From a virus (taxonomy: Duplodnaviria > Caudoviricetes): a DNA stretch of 58,613 nucleotides. Position numbers and translations under genes: made by a program. The DNA is taken from IMG/VR virus record IMGVR_UViG_3300030102_005973, positions 1-58,613 of that record. One strand, written 5' to 3'. The notes under the pieces were generated by a model. That model saw only the letters and a program-made list of their open reading frames with translations. It had not been told where the DNA came from and searched no databases. Of this stretch, positions 18,397-28,321 are shown piece by piece; within the stretch, counting starts at the first letter, position 1; every line of letters begins with the position of its first letter.

Positions 18397-21300
18397 TTAT
18401 ACTGGACACGATACAGTACAACTCCAAGATGTTCCAGGTAAAGGCGCAAAGACCTTTAATGTAGCTGTCGTCGTTGATGTCGTTTTATTAAAGGTTGCGG
18501 TTCCCTGTCCAATACCTTGTATTGTTTCTGGGGGCAATCCTCTATCTGCTAAAGCTGTATTTAGTTGACCTTGCTTATTTGCTGAACCTCGATAACCTGT
18601 ATTAATCACTTCAGATCCGTCAAATTCAATGATAAACTTGTCAGGCACACTTATGGCATTAAATGTTAATGTTACTACACCCGTAGTTGCCCCTAACTCA
18701 ATAACTTGCACGTCTGGGAAAGCGGAACCACCGCTGTAAGACGTTCCTGTATCACATGGTACCACTGGTCCCACCGGCACTACTCCACAACAAGCATTTC
18801 TAGCTGAAGTTGTATCGTAATTTAACAAAGCTAATGTTGGTTTACGGTAATCCCATATTAAGTATAAATTATTTCCTACAATATTAGGCATTATAAATTG
18901 AGCGTAATTTTTATCTCCTTCAGTAATAATAGGTGTTGCTTCGCTAGAAAGAGCCATTATTGATGAAATATCCGTAGGGTTGTTTCCGTAATCGTCTGCT
19001 GTTCTTAAATATCTAAACTTATTTTTAGTTGCGTCAAATACATAATTATCATTGACTAGTTTATTGCTAATTATATTGATATTAGCGCCTTCACTTGGTA
19101 TTATACCTGCTCCTATTGGTCCAGATACTTGTAAGAATTGTGAAACAATAGGATCATTAGTTGTATCTGATGAGAATGTAATTTGATTAGAATGTAAAGG
19201 CGATGAGAACGTTGAGTCCGTCCAGGAATATTGATTATGTATAAACTGTCCAGCCTCATTATTACTTGTAAGCGCTATGTTATAAATTGTCAAAATATTT
19301 TGTATTGGACAAGAGGTTGTAATTTGTATAGTGTCAGGTGTTATTGAAGTTGTAGTTACTATAATAGTAACTTCTGTTACATCAACATTATTCTTAGCTA
19401 TGTCAATAAAACCACTAACGAATACTACACCAGTGGTATATCTTACATTATTATATATTACCTCAATCACATAACCTACTCCTGAACTTGTACGCTCGGT
19501 AACTAGCTCTAAGCCCTGTTCTGTAACAACCTCTTGAAGGCCAGTTCCAGCGCCGGGGGTATTGGCTTCTGTTATTATATCGCTTTCTTCTGCATTTGGT
19601 ATGACATAGTCTATTCGTACTGTACCCACCTCTTGTGTTACGTTAACACAATAGATAGTCTCTTCTCCAGGGCGTACTAAAACATTTTCTGTAACACCAC
19701 ACAATAAACAGTTTTGAAAACCTGGGATTGTTTCTCCATTTGATGCCAATACATACTCATTCATGTATGGATCGTAAGCTCCAAGTTTTTGATTACCAAT
19801 GGTATCAATAAAAAAATCTCTAAACCATGAGCGCATACCTGCTTCAGATATAACTGATAATATTTCAGGACCAGTTTCTCCTCCCCTAAGTCTTAATACT
19901 GCCCCTCTTTTGGCATCAGTAAAAAACTTATCAGCACCATATACAGCAAAACTTTCAGGATTATTGCTAATACCAAACTCTTCATCTCTTGCAATTTGTT
20001 GGCCTAAAACTGTAGGAACTGAGGTCAAAGCCCCACCACCACCAGCGTCTGTTAACAAATCTTTTCCTTGTAATACATATGATATTTTGTCTTCCTGAAG
20101 AGTAAGGATGTCAGTTCTCCTAGCGTGAAGCCTCTCAATTGGCCCATAGAGGTCTTCTAAGGGCTTAAAATTAGCCAACCCAAGGTTGAACTCATTTAAT
20201 TTATTTACGTTCGACTCATCGTTAAATACGCCGCTATAAGTTAAATCAGCAAACCGATGAGCCCTTTTGTAAATTTGAGATGATGTTGTACTAACTCTAT
20301 TTCCAAAATTTATTGTTTTACCCGTGATTGAATCTCTTATCTTAAAGCTTTCAACGCCATTTCCAAATGATATACAATTTGAAAAACCAGTGTTGATTAT
20401 TGCATCCTGCGGAGTAATTGGTTGTAAAGAGTTTTGAAAATTAATTACTTGACTCTGAACATCTCCTGAGTGTTGCCCCAATGCATCAATAGAAAAAGAT
20501 AAATCATTTTCATACCATACATCTGGTAATGCATCTAAAGGTGTAGATTCAAAAACAATATTCGTTTCTGCTCTTATTACTTCTATTTGTAGTGTAACAA
20601 AAGACTTTCTGTTTTTTGCATTACCCGCACTTAAAGTTCCTGTAGCCATTAGAAACTCTTCACCGGTAGCAGTGTTTTTTGCAAATCTCCAAAAATTAGT
20701 AAATTGACCTGTGCTGATTTGTGAATTTGGAAATGTGCCATTGCTGCTACTAACAGTTAGTGGATCTGAAGACGATGTAAAAAGCGAATTATCATAGCTG
20801 TTTGTAGTATCAGTAGCATTACAAGCACCCCTTGGAAAACCATTACAAGAAAACCCATCTCCGTTTAGTCTATCAATAACGTTTTCACCTTCAAAAAATG
20901 CTTGAAAATCTGCATAATCGTTAGATGCAACTATTTCCGCTTGGTAATCATACAGATGTTGCTCTGTTCTTGCGCTAGTTCCGTTTCTTCTGTGTGTATA
21001 ATTAAAAAATACTCTAGTGCCTGCGGGTAAAGTATACTTTACATTAGCACTTGGACCACTACCACCCGGATCCGGTACTGTAACTGGAAAACTAACGCAG
21101 GGATAAGTTCCACTTGGTCTAGCTATTACAGTCCTCATTGGATAGGTTACAAAATTACCCCCTGCATCTTGATCGTTATTAACAATAAAATTGTTTGGGT
21201 TGAGCTTCATGTAAGTACCGGCTGGTATAGGCAGATTTTTAGTAGGATCAAGAGGATTAGGCAAGGTTAAAAAGTCGGCTTCTTTACTGCCTTTTTCTAA

Positions 21301-22893
21301 TACCGTAGTAAATGTGCAGTTTTGAGTTGGACCATTTGCATCTGATTTAACTATCAATCTATCTCCCTCTTCTATTTTGTTAGCATTCTCTCCCTCTAAC
21401 AAAAAGAAGACAAAATTACTATCATCATCCTCAAAATATATATTGGTATAAATAGTATTGTAAGTTGTTTTGTCAGGCTTAATAACAAACTTAAATCGTG
21501 TTGCCCAGAATGGAGCAATTTGTGGCGGGGTAGTACCTCCGCCTGGTATTGTAACTTGTATAGAATTTTTAAACTCTGATAAACCACATTTTACATGTAC
21601 AGTATTATTAGGACTTACAAGCGCAGTTGAAGACCTATTAAACTCATCCATGTAAACGATACCTATTTCATATCCTCGGTTACTATGTAAAGAAAAATTA
21701 TTTGAAACTTTTGTAAACTGTATGTCAGCAAAATTTATTGTGTAATATTCATAGAATGTTTGTGTAGGTGTATTTATATCATCTACAAACTGCATTGATG
21801 GAAACTGAAACCCAATAAGATTACTGTTAGGCGCAGAGGTAACTAGTATAGGTTGATCTATTGCACTAATACCACTGGCTTTCTTGAAATAAGAATCTAA
21901 TTGATTTGGTATTGCACAATTAAATATGTCAGTAAAAGTGGCACCGTCGCATGATGTAGATACAGGCTGTATATTAGAAGATGATCCTATTTTAGCTACA
22001 AAATCTGCACTTTGTGATAATTCATACACAGATGAATATGCCTTGGTTAATACATAAGTAAATCCTAACTGAGTATTTACTGTAGTTTCCGTAGGGAAGG
22101 GTGTCTGACCCTGAAAAGCGTAATGCTCTATTTGCACATCTATATTAATTGATGCACCTGCCACAAGCTCCGTTGGATCAAGCTCTATTGAAATAATAGC
22201 ATCGGGAATCGATATAAATCCACCTAAATCATAACCACCAAATGTCTTTGTTTCGGATATTGTCGTTAAACCTATGTCTTGAGACAAAAGAGATGTAGAA
22301 AAATTAAACTGGATTGGATTATTAAATCGATCCACTAGGTTATAACCCTCAATGTAATTACCATATACAAGTCGGTTACCCATTAAAGTTTGAGCTTTGG
22401 CTAACAGTGGTACATTATCATATAATCTTAATATTTCGTTTTCGGGTAATACAGTGAATATTTTTTGATTTTCAAACGTGTAAACTGATGTATCATTATC
22501 AGCAAGTCCTAAATCAAGTTTGTTCAAAGTCTCAATAACTTTAATTGTACCATCATCAAACTCTTTAAAAAGTAATTGTATAGATTTTACTAATGGACCG
22601 CCGGTATTAAAACTGATGTTTACTGCATTTGAAGAGTTTAACATTCCGTTATTCAGATAGCTATCAACACTAAACTTAAATGCTTTTGCTGTAAATGCTG
22701 GTGCACTAAACTGTGATGTTGCTGAAAACTCACCATCCGCATATTGGTATCTGTAGGCAAAACACACAAACCGATCCTCCAAAAAGTTATTGTCAGAACT
22801 ATTTTTAAATGGAACTATAGTAGGCGCTGCTACTGGTGGCTTTTTTATTACCAGTAAAGATTCAGCAGAAAATTGATCTATGTAAGCAGCCAT
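18397..22893 (-). CDS. Tail stabilisation/nozzle-like protein, central part (1498 aa)
   Basis: FAYRYQY.DGE.S, NRLVYGNYIEGY, FGNGVES..IRD, FGISNNPESF, GAYDPY motifs seen in Bacteroidota podovirus/crAss-like stabilisation proteins. Confidence 0.7.
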   Translation of the reverse strand: MAAYIDQFSAESLLVIKKPPVAAPTIVPFKNSSDNNFLEDRFVCFAYRYQYADGEFSATSQFSAPAFTAKAFKFSVDSYLNNGMLNSSNAVNISFNTGGPLVKSIQLLFKEFDDGTIKVIETLNKLDLGLADNDTSVYTFENQKIFTVLPENEILRLYDNVPLLAKAQTLMGNRLVYGNYIEGYNLVDRFNNPIQFNFSTSLLSQDIGLTTISETKTFGGYDLGGFISIPDAIISIELDPTELVAGASINIDVQIEHYAFQGQTPFPTETTVNTQLGFTYVLTKAYSSVYELSQSADFVAKIGSSSNIQPVSTSCDGATFTDIFNCAIPNQLDSYFKKASGISAIDQPILVTSAPNSNLIGFQFPSMQFVDDINTPTQTFYEYYTINFADIQFTKVSNNFSLHSNRGYEIGIVYMDEFNRSSTALVSPNNTVHVKCGLSEFKNSIQVTIPGGGTTPPQIAPFWATRFKFVIKPDKTTYNTIYTNIYFEDDDSNFVFFLLEGENANKIEEGDRLIVKSDANGPTQNCTFTTVLEKGSKEADFLTLPNPLDPTKNLPIPAGTYMKLNPNNFIVNNDQDAGGNFVTYPMRTVIARPSGTYPCVSFPVTVPDPGGSGPSANVKYTLPAGTRVFFNYTHRRNGTSARTEQHLYDYQAEIVASNDYADFQAFFEGENVIDRLNGDGFSCNGFPRGACNATDTTNSYDNSLFTSSSDPLTVSSSNGTFPNSQISTGQFTNFWRFAKNTATGEEFLMATGTLSAGNAKNRKSFVTLQIEVIRAETNIVFESTPLDALPDVWYENDLSFSIDALGQHSGDVQSQVINFQNSLQPITPQDAIINTGFSNCISFGNGVESFKIRDSITGKTINFGNRVSTTSSQIYKRAHRFADLTYSGVFNDESNVNKLNEFNLGLANFKPLEDLYGPIERLHARRTDILTLQEDKISYVLQGKDLLTDAGGGGALTSVPTVLGQQIARDEEFGISNNPESFAVYGADKFFTDAKRGAVLRLRGGETGPEILSVISEAGMRSWFRDFFIDTIGNQKLGAYDPYMNEYVLASNGETIPGFQNCLLCGVTENVLVRPGEETIYCVNVTQEVGTVRIDYVIPNAEESDIITEANTPGAGTGLQEVVTEQGLELVTERTSSGVGYVIEVIYNNVRYTTGVVFVSGFIDIAKNNVDVTEVTIIVTTTSITPDTIQITTSCPIQNILTIYNIALTSNNEAGQFIHNQYSWTDSTFSSPLHSNQITFSSDTTNDPIVSQFLQVSGPIGAGIIPSEGANINIISNKLVNDNYVFDATKNKFRYLRTADDYGNNPTDISSIMALSSEATPIITEGDKNYAQFIMPNIVGNNLYLIWDYRKPTLALLNYDTTSARNACCGVVPVGPVVPCDTGTSYSGGSAFPDVQVIELGATTGVVTLTFNAISVPDKFIIEFDGSEVINTGYRGSANKQGQLNTALADRGLPPETIQGIGQGTATFNKTTSTTTATLKVFAPLPGTSWSCTVSCPV

Positions 22894-22896
22894 AAT

Positions 22897-23931
22897 CTAT
22901 GTAAGTGTATATGTTACGTTTTCTGTTAAAGTTATTCCGTTTAGTGTTACCGTACCAGTCGATTCAGGTTGCTGAGTATCTCCATTGCCATCCGTGTATG
23001 CGGTTGATACAGAGTAGTTTGCTGTATATGTTCCAGAATTACCATCATCACCACTAATAGACCCTGATATTGATGAGGTCCCTGGGTTGGATAATGTATT
23101 TGAGTTAATTAAGCCAATGGTGGTAACTCCAGAATTAACATCTGTAGAAAACTGTGTTAAAGCCAAACCATTAGCTGTATTTGCACCTTGAATACCATAT
23201 CCTTTAGTAACAGTTGTAGAGGCTGTGTAGCAATCAACACCGGGTAAGGGAATTTGTGTGGTCGTTGGTGTAATCCCAATCCCAAAAGCTGGTAAACTTG
23301 TAGGGCATCCAGATAAAGTCCCCTGGTGAAAACCAACAATTTCATCGGGACCAACTAATATTTTTTGAGCTTTGAACTTAAATAATGCGGTGGAGCTTGT
23401 CGGAGGAACACCATTCAACAAAGGCTCGGGGTAACTATTATTTACATTTATAAACCTCGGGGGGTTAAAATTATCAGTAAAATATAAAAAATCTCCTACC
23501 CTATTTATTGCAGTTATTAAATTAGTTGGGCTAAAATTCAAAGTAGTAAGTACACCCCCACCATCATCAGTGCTGACAACATGATAATTAACATTAGTGG
23601 TAGTAGTATTGAAAGAACAAATCATATCACATTTACCAGTATCTGATAATGTAAATGCAGGGTCGTGTACAAACCAATATATAGTTTCGTTTGGGCTATC
23701 TTCATAAGCTCCTATACATCGTGCCTTTAAACTTAATGGTTGTATGTCAAGAAAAAACAATTGCGTAAGCCTTGTATTCCCTTTTGAATTTTCTACAGAT
23801 CCTATTTCAGACGCCTCAGTTGAACCTAATCTAACATTAAGTGCGTCTTCATATTCGCCATTTGGTATAAGCCTTTCATCAAGGCTTTTATTCATACGGC
23901 CTGCAATAAAATTCCGTTGTGTTCTAGCCAT
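22897..23931 (-). CDS. Tail stabilisation/nozzle-like protein, N-terminal part, plus extra Thr/Gly-rich domain
   Basis: F..GRMNK.LDERLIPNGEY.DALNVR and LYFTDNFNPPR.IN motifs. Confidence 0.7.
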   Translation of the reverse strand: MARTQRNFIAGRMNKSLDERLIPNGEYEDALNVRLGSTEASEIGSVENSKGNTRLTQLFFLDIQPLSLKARCIGAYEDSPNETIYWFVHDPAFTLSDTGKCDMICSFNTTTTNVNYHVVSTDDGGGVLTTLNFSPTNLITAINRVGDFLYFTDNFNPPRFINVNNSYPEPLLNGVPPTSSTALFKFKAQKILVGPDEIVGFHQGTLSGCPTSLPAFGIGITPTTTQIPLPGVDCYTASTTVTKGYGIQGANTANGLALTQFSTDVNSGVTTIGLINSNTLSNPGTSSISGSISGDDGNSGTYTANYSVSTAYTDGNGDTQQPESTGTVTLNGITLTENVTYTLT

Positions 23932-23932
23932 T

Positions 23933-24850
23933 TTATTTCAACCACTTATTTTCTCCCCTTAGATTCATTAATAATCTGCCAGGATGAATATTACTCAAGC
24001 GTATTTTAGCGTTACGAAGTAGTGCAGTTTTATCTTTTCTAGCTCTATTAACTATGTATTCTTGAACTCCAAACTTGCTATTTAAAATTGCATACTTTAT
24101 ATAAGCATATATATACTCTTCAAACAATTTGTTTACGGTAATTAAAGAATCGTCGCCCCCTTCCATTCCGTCCGAGATATACTCTAAAATACATTGCTCA
24201 TTAGCCATGGTTGAATTAAAGTTTATAACTCCAGCTTTTTTGTCAATTGTAAAAGTTGGATTCATATTAGCAGTCTCAGTATTTAAACCATAACGAGCAC
24301 CTATATTCGTGTCATAAAAATCTTCATTAAAAGGCAGATTGTTGTTTTGTTGGTCTAAATTAGCTTGATTGAGATATATTGTATTTAAAGAACCATCTGT
24401 ACGTGCGGTATCAAGACTTGAAGTTTGTGTTTCAACATTGTCATCAGAGTCGTATGTAAACGAAGCAGTAGCTGTTTGGACGTAAGATAAAGCTGATTGT
24501 ACTTGAATATTTTCAACAAGTGGTCTTATAGTATTGTCTTTAAATAAAGATATTCTAATCCAGTTTACATAATCTGAAGGCAGAACAAATCTTAAATCTG
24601 AATATACAGTCAACTGTAAAGATTTAATTTCTTTAAAAGCGTCGTAGTTTAATTCTTGAATACCACGTTTAGCATGAAACAATATTTTAAATCTATTTAC
24701 GTTGTTTATCATCGAATGATTTCCCGAGTACATCAATAGAAAATTATTGACTATATCAGATAATGTTACAAATTGATAGGACCCCCAGTTTAAATTGGTT
24801 GGATTGGCACCATCATTTGTATAATATTTTTTTTGATCTATATATGACAT
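23933..24850 (-). CDS. Tail ring / head-tail adaptor-like structural protein
   Basis: FHAKRG.QEL.YD, LP.DYVNW.R, LEYISDG motifs; position after head genes. Confidence 0.6.
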   Translation of the reverse strand: MSYIDQKKYYTNDGANPTNLNWGSYQFVTLSDIVNNFLLMYSGNHSMINNVNRFKILFHAKRGIQELNYDAFKEIKSLQLTVYSDLRFVLPSDYVNWIRISLFKDNTIRPLVENIQVQSALSYVQTATASFTYDSDDNVETQTSSLDTARTDGSLNTIYLNQANLDQQNNNLPFNEDFYDTNIGARYGLNTETANMNPTFTIDKKAGVINFNSTMANEQCILEYISDGMEGGDDSLITVNKLFEEYIYAYIKYAILNSKFGVQEYIVNRARKDKTALLRNAKIRLSNIHPGRLLMNLRGENKWLK

Positions 24851-24852
24851 AA

Positions 24853-25581
24853 CTATTGTTCTTGATTTTGCATTTGTTCTTCAACTTGACCAAACTTAAA
24901 TACATCTGCTTCCCTAATTGATATACCAGCGTATTGTAAAATTTTAGATACTAAATCATTTCCATCATCCAAGGGTAGTTCAAAATCCTGAAAGTCAGGC
25001 TGACTCTGATCAAATACAGGCTCACCATTTGATATTGTTCTATAGGTCCACTTTGGATCAACTGGATATCTTATGTACTGGGAGGTTATGTCAGTTGCGC
25101 CATTAAATGAACTAGGATAAATAGTAATTGAACCAGCTTCTTGAGTATAGGCTGGAAAGCTTACGGTTGGTGCTGTAAGTTTAGAGTTGTTTAGCAATGT
25201 TATTTTGTTGTTTGAAACTAATTCAGCTATTCCTTTAAATACTCCACCTGAAGAGCATCTCACTTCATTTATTAAATAATAATCTGATCCTGTAGTTGCT
25301 GCTGTAGGTAAAAAATATACATTTGCTGCGTTTTGTGTAAGGGTACTTGTAACTGAAAAAGTGTCTATCACTTCTTCATAACCTTTTTTAATATCTGCAT
25401 AGCCAGTCCCAGAAAGTCTTGCGTTCTCTTCATTTATTTGTTGATTGTATTGAAAAAAATATTCATCAAACAAATCTAATTGAGCTTGTTTAGCAAATAA
25501 ATTAAAATCATTAGGAGATAAATAACCGTAATTGTTTTTGTTGATTATTGCTAAAACTGTATTTCTTACAGAATTTATCAT
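24853..25581 (-). CDS. Tail ring / tubular-like structural protein
   Basis: NK.N.GY.SP..FN, YIRYP..P.W, DFELP motifs; start moved to MINSVRN because a promoter overlaps the track's start. Confidence 0.6.
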   Translation of the reverse strand: MINSVRNTVLAIINKNNYGYLSPNDFNLFAKQAQLDLFDEYFFQYNQQINEENARLSGTGYADIKKGYEEVIDTFSVTSTLTQNAANVYFLPTAATTGSDYYLINEVRCSSGGVFKGIAELVSNNKITLLNNSKLTAPTVSFPAYTQEAGSITIYPSSFNGATDITSQYIRYPVDPKWTYRTISNGEPVFDQSQPDFQDFELPLDDGNDLVSKILQYAGISIREADVFKFGQVEEQMQNQEQ

Positions 25582-25596
25582 TGCATTTCTTTTACA

Positions 25597-25604
25597 CAAA
25601 GATA
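25597..25604 (-). promoter_or_regulatory. -7 promoter element TATCTTTG
   Basis: TAnnTTTG match just after a terminator. Confidence 0.6.
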
Positions 25605-25607
25605 AGT

Positions 25608-25640
25608 AAAAAAAAAAGAGGTCAAATTTCTCTGACCTCT
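25608..25640 (-). terminator. Rho-independent terminator
   Basis: AGAGGTCA/TGACCTCT stem followed by a long T run on the - strand. Confidence 0.8.
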
Positions 25641-25669
25641 ACTCAAAAACGAAAAAACAATTCTCTTTT

Positions 25670-25957
25670 TTAAGAGAATACTGTTACAGCTATACTAGTA
25701 ACTGTTTGTCCTGAAGGTAACTCTACAGGTATTACTGCGTTTGTCCAACTTGTTTGAGCTGCTTTTTCTAAAGCTGCATTGATAGCAGTAACCATTGCAA
25801 AAGTGCTTCCAACAGTAACTAATGCATAATGATGTGAAAATGTAGCTCCGCTGTAGATTCTCATCGCAGTTGCGCTAGTTCTTTCCACAAAAAGACCTCC
25901 GCTTATTGGGACTAATTCATCTCCTGATCCGGTTGTAATTTGAATATATTTTGCCAT
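25670..25957 (-). CDS. Putative capsid-associated small protein
   Basis: 95 aa, with its own promoter and terminator, downstream of the capsid gene. Confidence 0.5.
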   Translation of the reverse strand: MAKYIQITTGSGDELVPISGGLFVERTSATAMRIYSGATFSHHYALVTVGSTFAMVTAINAALEKAAQTSWTNAVIPVELPSGQTVTSIAVTVFS

Positions 25958-25986
25958 GTTAAAAAATTTATGGGTTAAACAAAAAA

Positions 25987-25994
25987 CAAAGATA
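25987..25994 (-). promoter_or_regulatory. -7 promoter element TATCTTTG
   Basis: TAnnTTTG match in the intergenic gap. Confidence 0.6.
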
Positions 25995-26015
25995 CAAAAA
26001 ATAAAACCGCACTTT

Positions 26016-26768
26016 TTACATGTTCTTAGCTAGAGTAGACAAATGTTTTAATGCCTCTAAACCTTCATCTGACTGGAAATGAGATGATATTATGTAAAAC
26101 GGATCTTCTTTATATGGTATATTTAACATCTTCTTTTTATTGGAAGGTGTATTAAACCATACCTCTTTATTTTCATTTCTAAATTGTAACAGGTTTTTGT
26201 CAAAAAACAGTTGAATTTTAGAATTTAGTTTCAAAGCTGGATCTTTCAAAAGAAGTAAAAAATCCCTAGGTTGATTCTTAGCAAAGACTAAAATATCTCG
26301 GCGTAGTTCTGCTGTAGTAACAGTTGTAACGTCTCTCTGGAACAATACCCTAGCTATGTTTTCAACCTGATCAACTGATAGCTGTCTAGCTTCAATTAAC
26401 GCATCTACCTCTGCATTAAGTTCTTCAACTATATCTGTTGCCTCTTTAGCTTTGTCAACTTCCACATATACACGGCCTTTGCCTGGATGATACTCTAAAA
26501 ACTTTTGTAAAACTTGATTGGTTTTCGGAACTGTCAAAAATCCATTTTCAAAAACAATAGGCTCCAATATAGCGTTGTCATCTTGCTCATCTTGAAATGG
26601 AGAGTTTTGATTTCTTGCATATCTTAAAGCTTTGTTTGTTCCGGTTTTTTCATCAAACCAAAGCAAAGGAAATCTTTGGGTATGTCTAGACGCTAAGATT
26701 AAAGATAAAGGTGCGGTATCGCGGGTTAGTTTGTAGATTTTATCTACAAATTTCTGTGTAGTTTTCAT
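26016..26768 (-). CDS. Hypothetical protein downstream of the capsid gene
   Basis: 250-aa ORF with LRYA.NQ.SPF.DEQ motif. Confidence 0.55.
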   Translation of the reverse strand: MKTTQKFVDKIYKLTRDTAPLSLILASRHTQRFPLLWFDEKTGTNKALRYARNQNSPFQDEQDDNAILEPIVFENGFLTVPKTNQVLQKFLEYHPGKGRVYVEVDKAKEATDIVEELNAEVDALIEARQLSVDQVENIARVLFQRDVTTVTTAELRRDILVFAKNQPRDFLLLLKDPALKLNSKIQLFFDKNLLQFRNENKEVWFNTPSNKKKMLNIPYKEDPFYIISSHFQSDEGLEALKHLSTLAKNM

Positions 26769-26789
26769 TTGATTAGATTTAAATTTTAT

Positions 26790-26823
26790 AATAAAAATAA
26801 TGGGGGCTTTTACACCCCCATTA
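26790..26823 (-). terminator. Rho-independent terminator after the major capsid gene
   Basis: TAATGGGGG/CCCCCATTA stem plus T-rich tail. Confidence 0.75.
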
Positions 26824-26833
26824 AAACAATATA

Positions 26834-28297
26834 TTACTCTTGGAATATAAAGAAGTTGTTAGCACCTAAAGTACAAACAGCTCTTTCAGACAAGAAGTTT
26901 ACTTGCATGTTATCCACGTCAGTAGTTCTTGCACCACCAGCGGAACCAGTAATCCAAGTTTTATAACGTCTGTCTTCAGTTTCAGAAGCTCTATATCTAA
27001 CATGTAAGAATGGTCTTTTAGCGTTTTTACCAAGAATTTGATCATAAACACTTGTTGATCCTGCTGGTACTAGAAGTCCGTTTACACGTCCTGAACCTGC
27101 ACCTGTAGGTAATCCACCTCTCATTGTAGGATCATTTAAGTATTTCCAGTCTGTTTTGTAGAAGTCATATCCTCTACGGAAACCAGAGAAACCTAAATTT
27201 AAAGCCATTTCTTCATCATTGTCAAACAATCCGTAAGATGTACCACCTGCTCCATAAGCATTTTGTGCTGCTAACATATCATCAATGTCAAAAGCAAACT
27301 GTCTGTCTACAAATAATACATTTTCTTCAATCGCTCCTTGCTTGTCAAGACGACTGATTACATTATCAAAGTCAGCTAACACTGTTGGGTTTCCACCGTC
27401 CCAGATGTTACCTCTTTGTTGAACAGCATAGAAAATACCATCTGATCCAGCTCCAGGATCTGCTGCAGCTCCTGAACTACCTAAAATTGCGGCAGCTCCC
27501 GAGTTTTGCTCTGCAGGTACAGCTTCAATCATAGCAGTTTCTAGATAGTCGTCAAAACGTAATCTTGTTTCGTGCTCTGATTTTAGATACCATAGATATC
27601 CAGTTCCACCATCTTCAGTTGTGATTTCAATCCAACCAATTTGAGCCATATCAGATCCATTTACATTATAAGTATCTTTAATGATAATAGGCTTATTACT
27701 GAAGATAAAGTCGTTAGACTCAAGTGAACCTTGCATCCCAGCAGTTCCTTTTTTAAATTCTGATCCATAGATAAATACTGTTACATCCGCATTTCCAATA
27801 CCAGATCCACCAGTAAATCCAGCAGCTTCATAAAAGTCGGCTGTAAACCTACCTCTACCACCGGCAGCGTTATCAACAGCACTTACGACTGCTTTGTTTG
27901 ATCCAGACCCATCATTTTTTACAACAACGATAGTTTGACCAACTCTAATAACTTGCTCTGCAGCAGTTGGATCTAATGTGTCATTAACCTGAAATACAAC
28001 TTGATCAGCATTAGTCTGACCTGCTGCGCATCCAACTGATGTGTATTTAGTGTGTAATCTACCTTGCTCTGCCCATTTGATAAGGTCAGAGTTAGTAGGC
28101 ATTTCAGCTCCTACCATACGTAGGAAAGAAGAAATAGTTCTGTTACCATAACGCTCAAATTCTTTTTCATAAGTGTCAGGTAAATATTGATTTAAGAAAT
28201 TAAAATCTGCATTTGTTAAATAATTCTGTGCTGTGGGCGTCCTTTCCGAGCTTGGCGTTAGCGAAAACGTCGGTGTGGATTTTACTTGTCCAGGCAT
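26834..28297 (-). CDS. Major capsid protein
   Basis: 487 aa; portal-scaffold-capsid order; QYLPD.YEKE.ERYGNR and W.EQGRLH motifs; followed by a terminator. Confidence 0.8.
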   Translation of the reverse strand: MPGQVKSTPTFSLTPSSERTPTAQNYLTNADFNFLNQYLPDTYEKEFERYGNRTISSFLRMVGAEMPTNSDLIKWAEQGRLHTKYTSVGCAAGQTNADQVVFQVNDTLDPTAAEQVIRVGQTIVVVKNDGSGSNKAVVSAVDNAAGGRGRFTADFYEAAGFTGGSGIGNADVTVFIYGSEFKKGTAGMQGSLESNDFIFSNKPIIIKDTYNVNGSDMAQIGWIEITTEDGGTGYLWYLKSEHETRLRFDDYLETAMIEAVPAEQNSGAAAILGSSGAAADPGAGSDGIFYAVQQRGNIWDGGNPTVLADFDNVISRLDKQGAIEENVLFVDRQFAFDIDDMLAAQNAYGAGGTSYGLFDNDEEMALNLGFSGFRRGYDFYKTDWKYLNDPTMRGGLPTGAGSGRVNGLLVPAGSTSVYDQILGKNAKRPFLHVRYRASETEDRRYKTWITGSAGGARTTDVDNMQVNFLSERAVCTLGANNFFIFQE

Positions 28298-28321
28298 AAT
28301 AATAAATTTTTAAAATTAATA

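Noticed and set aside
13177-22899. Amber recoding suggested by in-frame TAG-ATT-ATG junctions
   Set aside because: Long genes are intact under code 11, no suppressor tRNA was seen, and the same spacing occurs after TAA (40113/40109).
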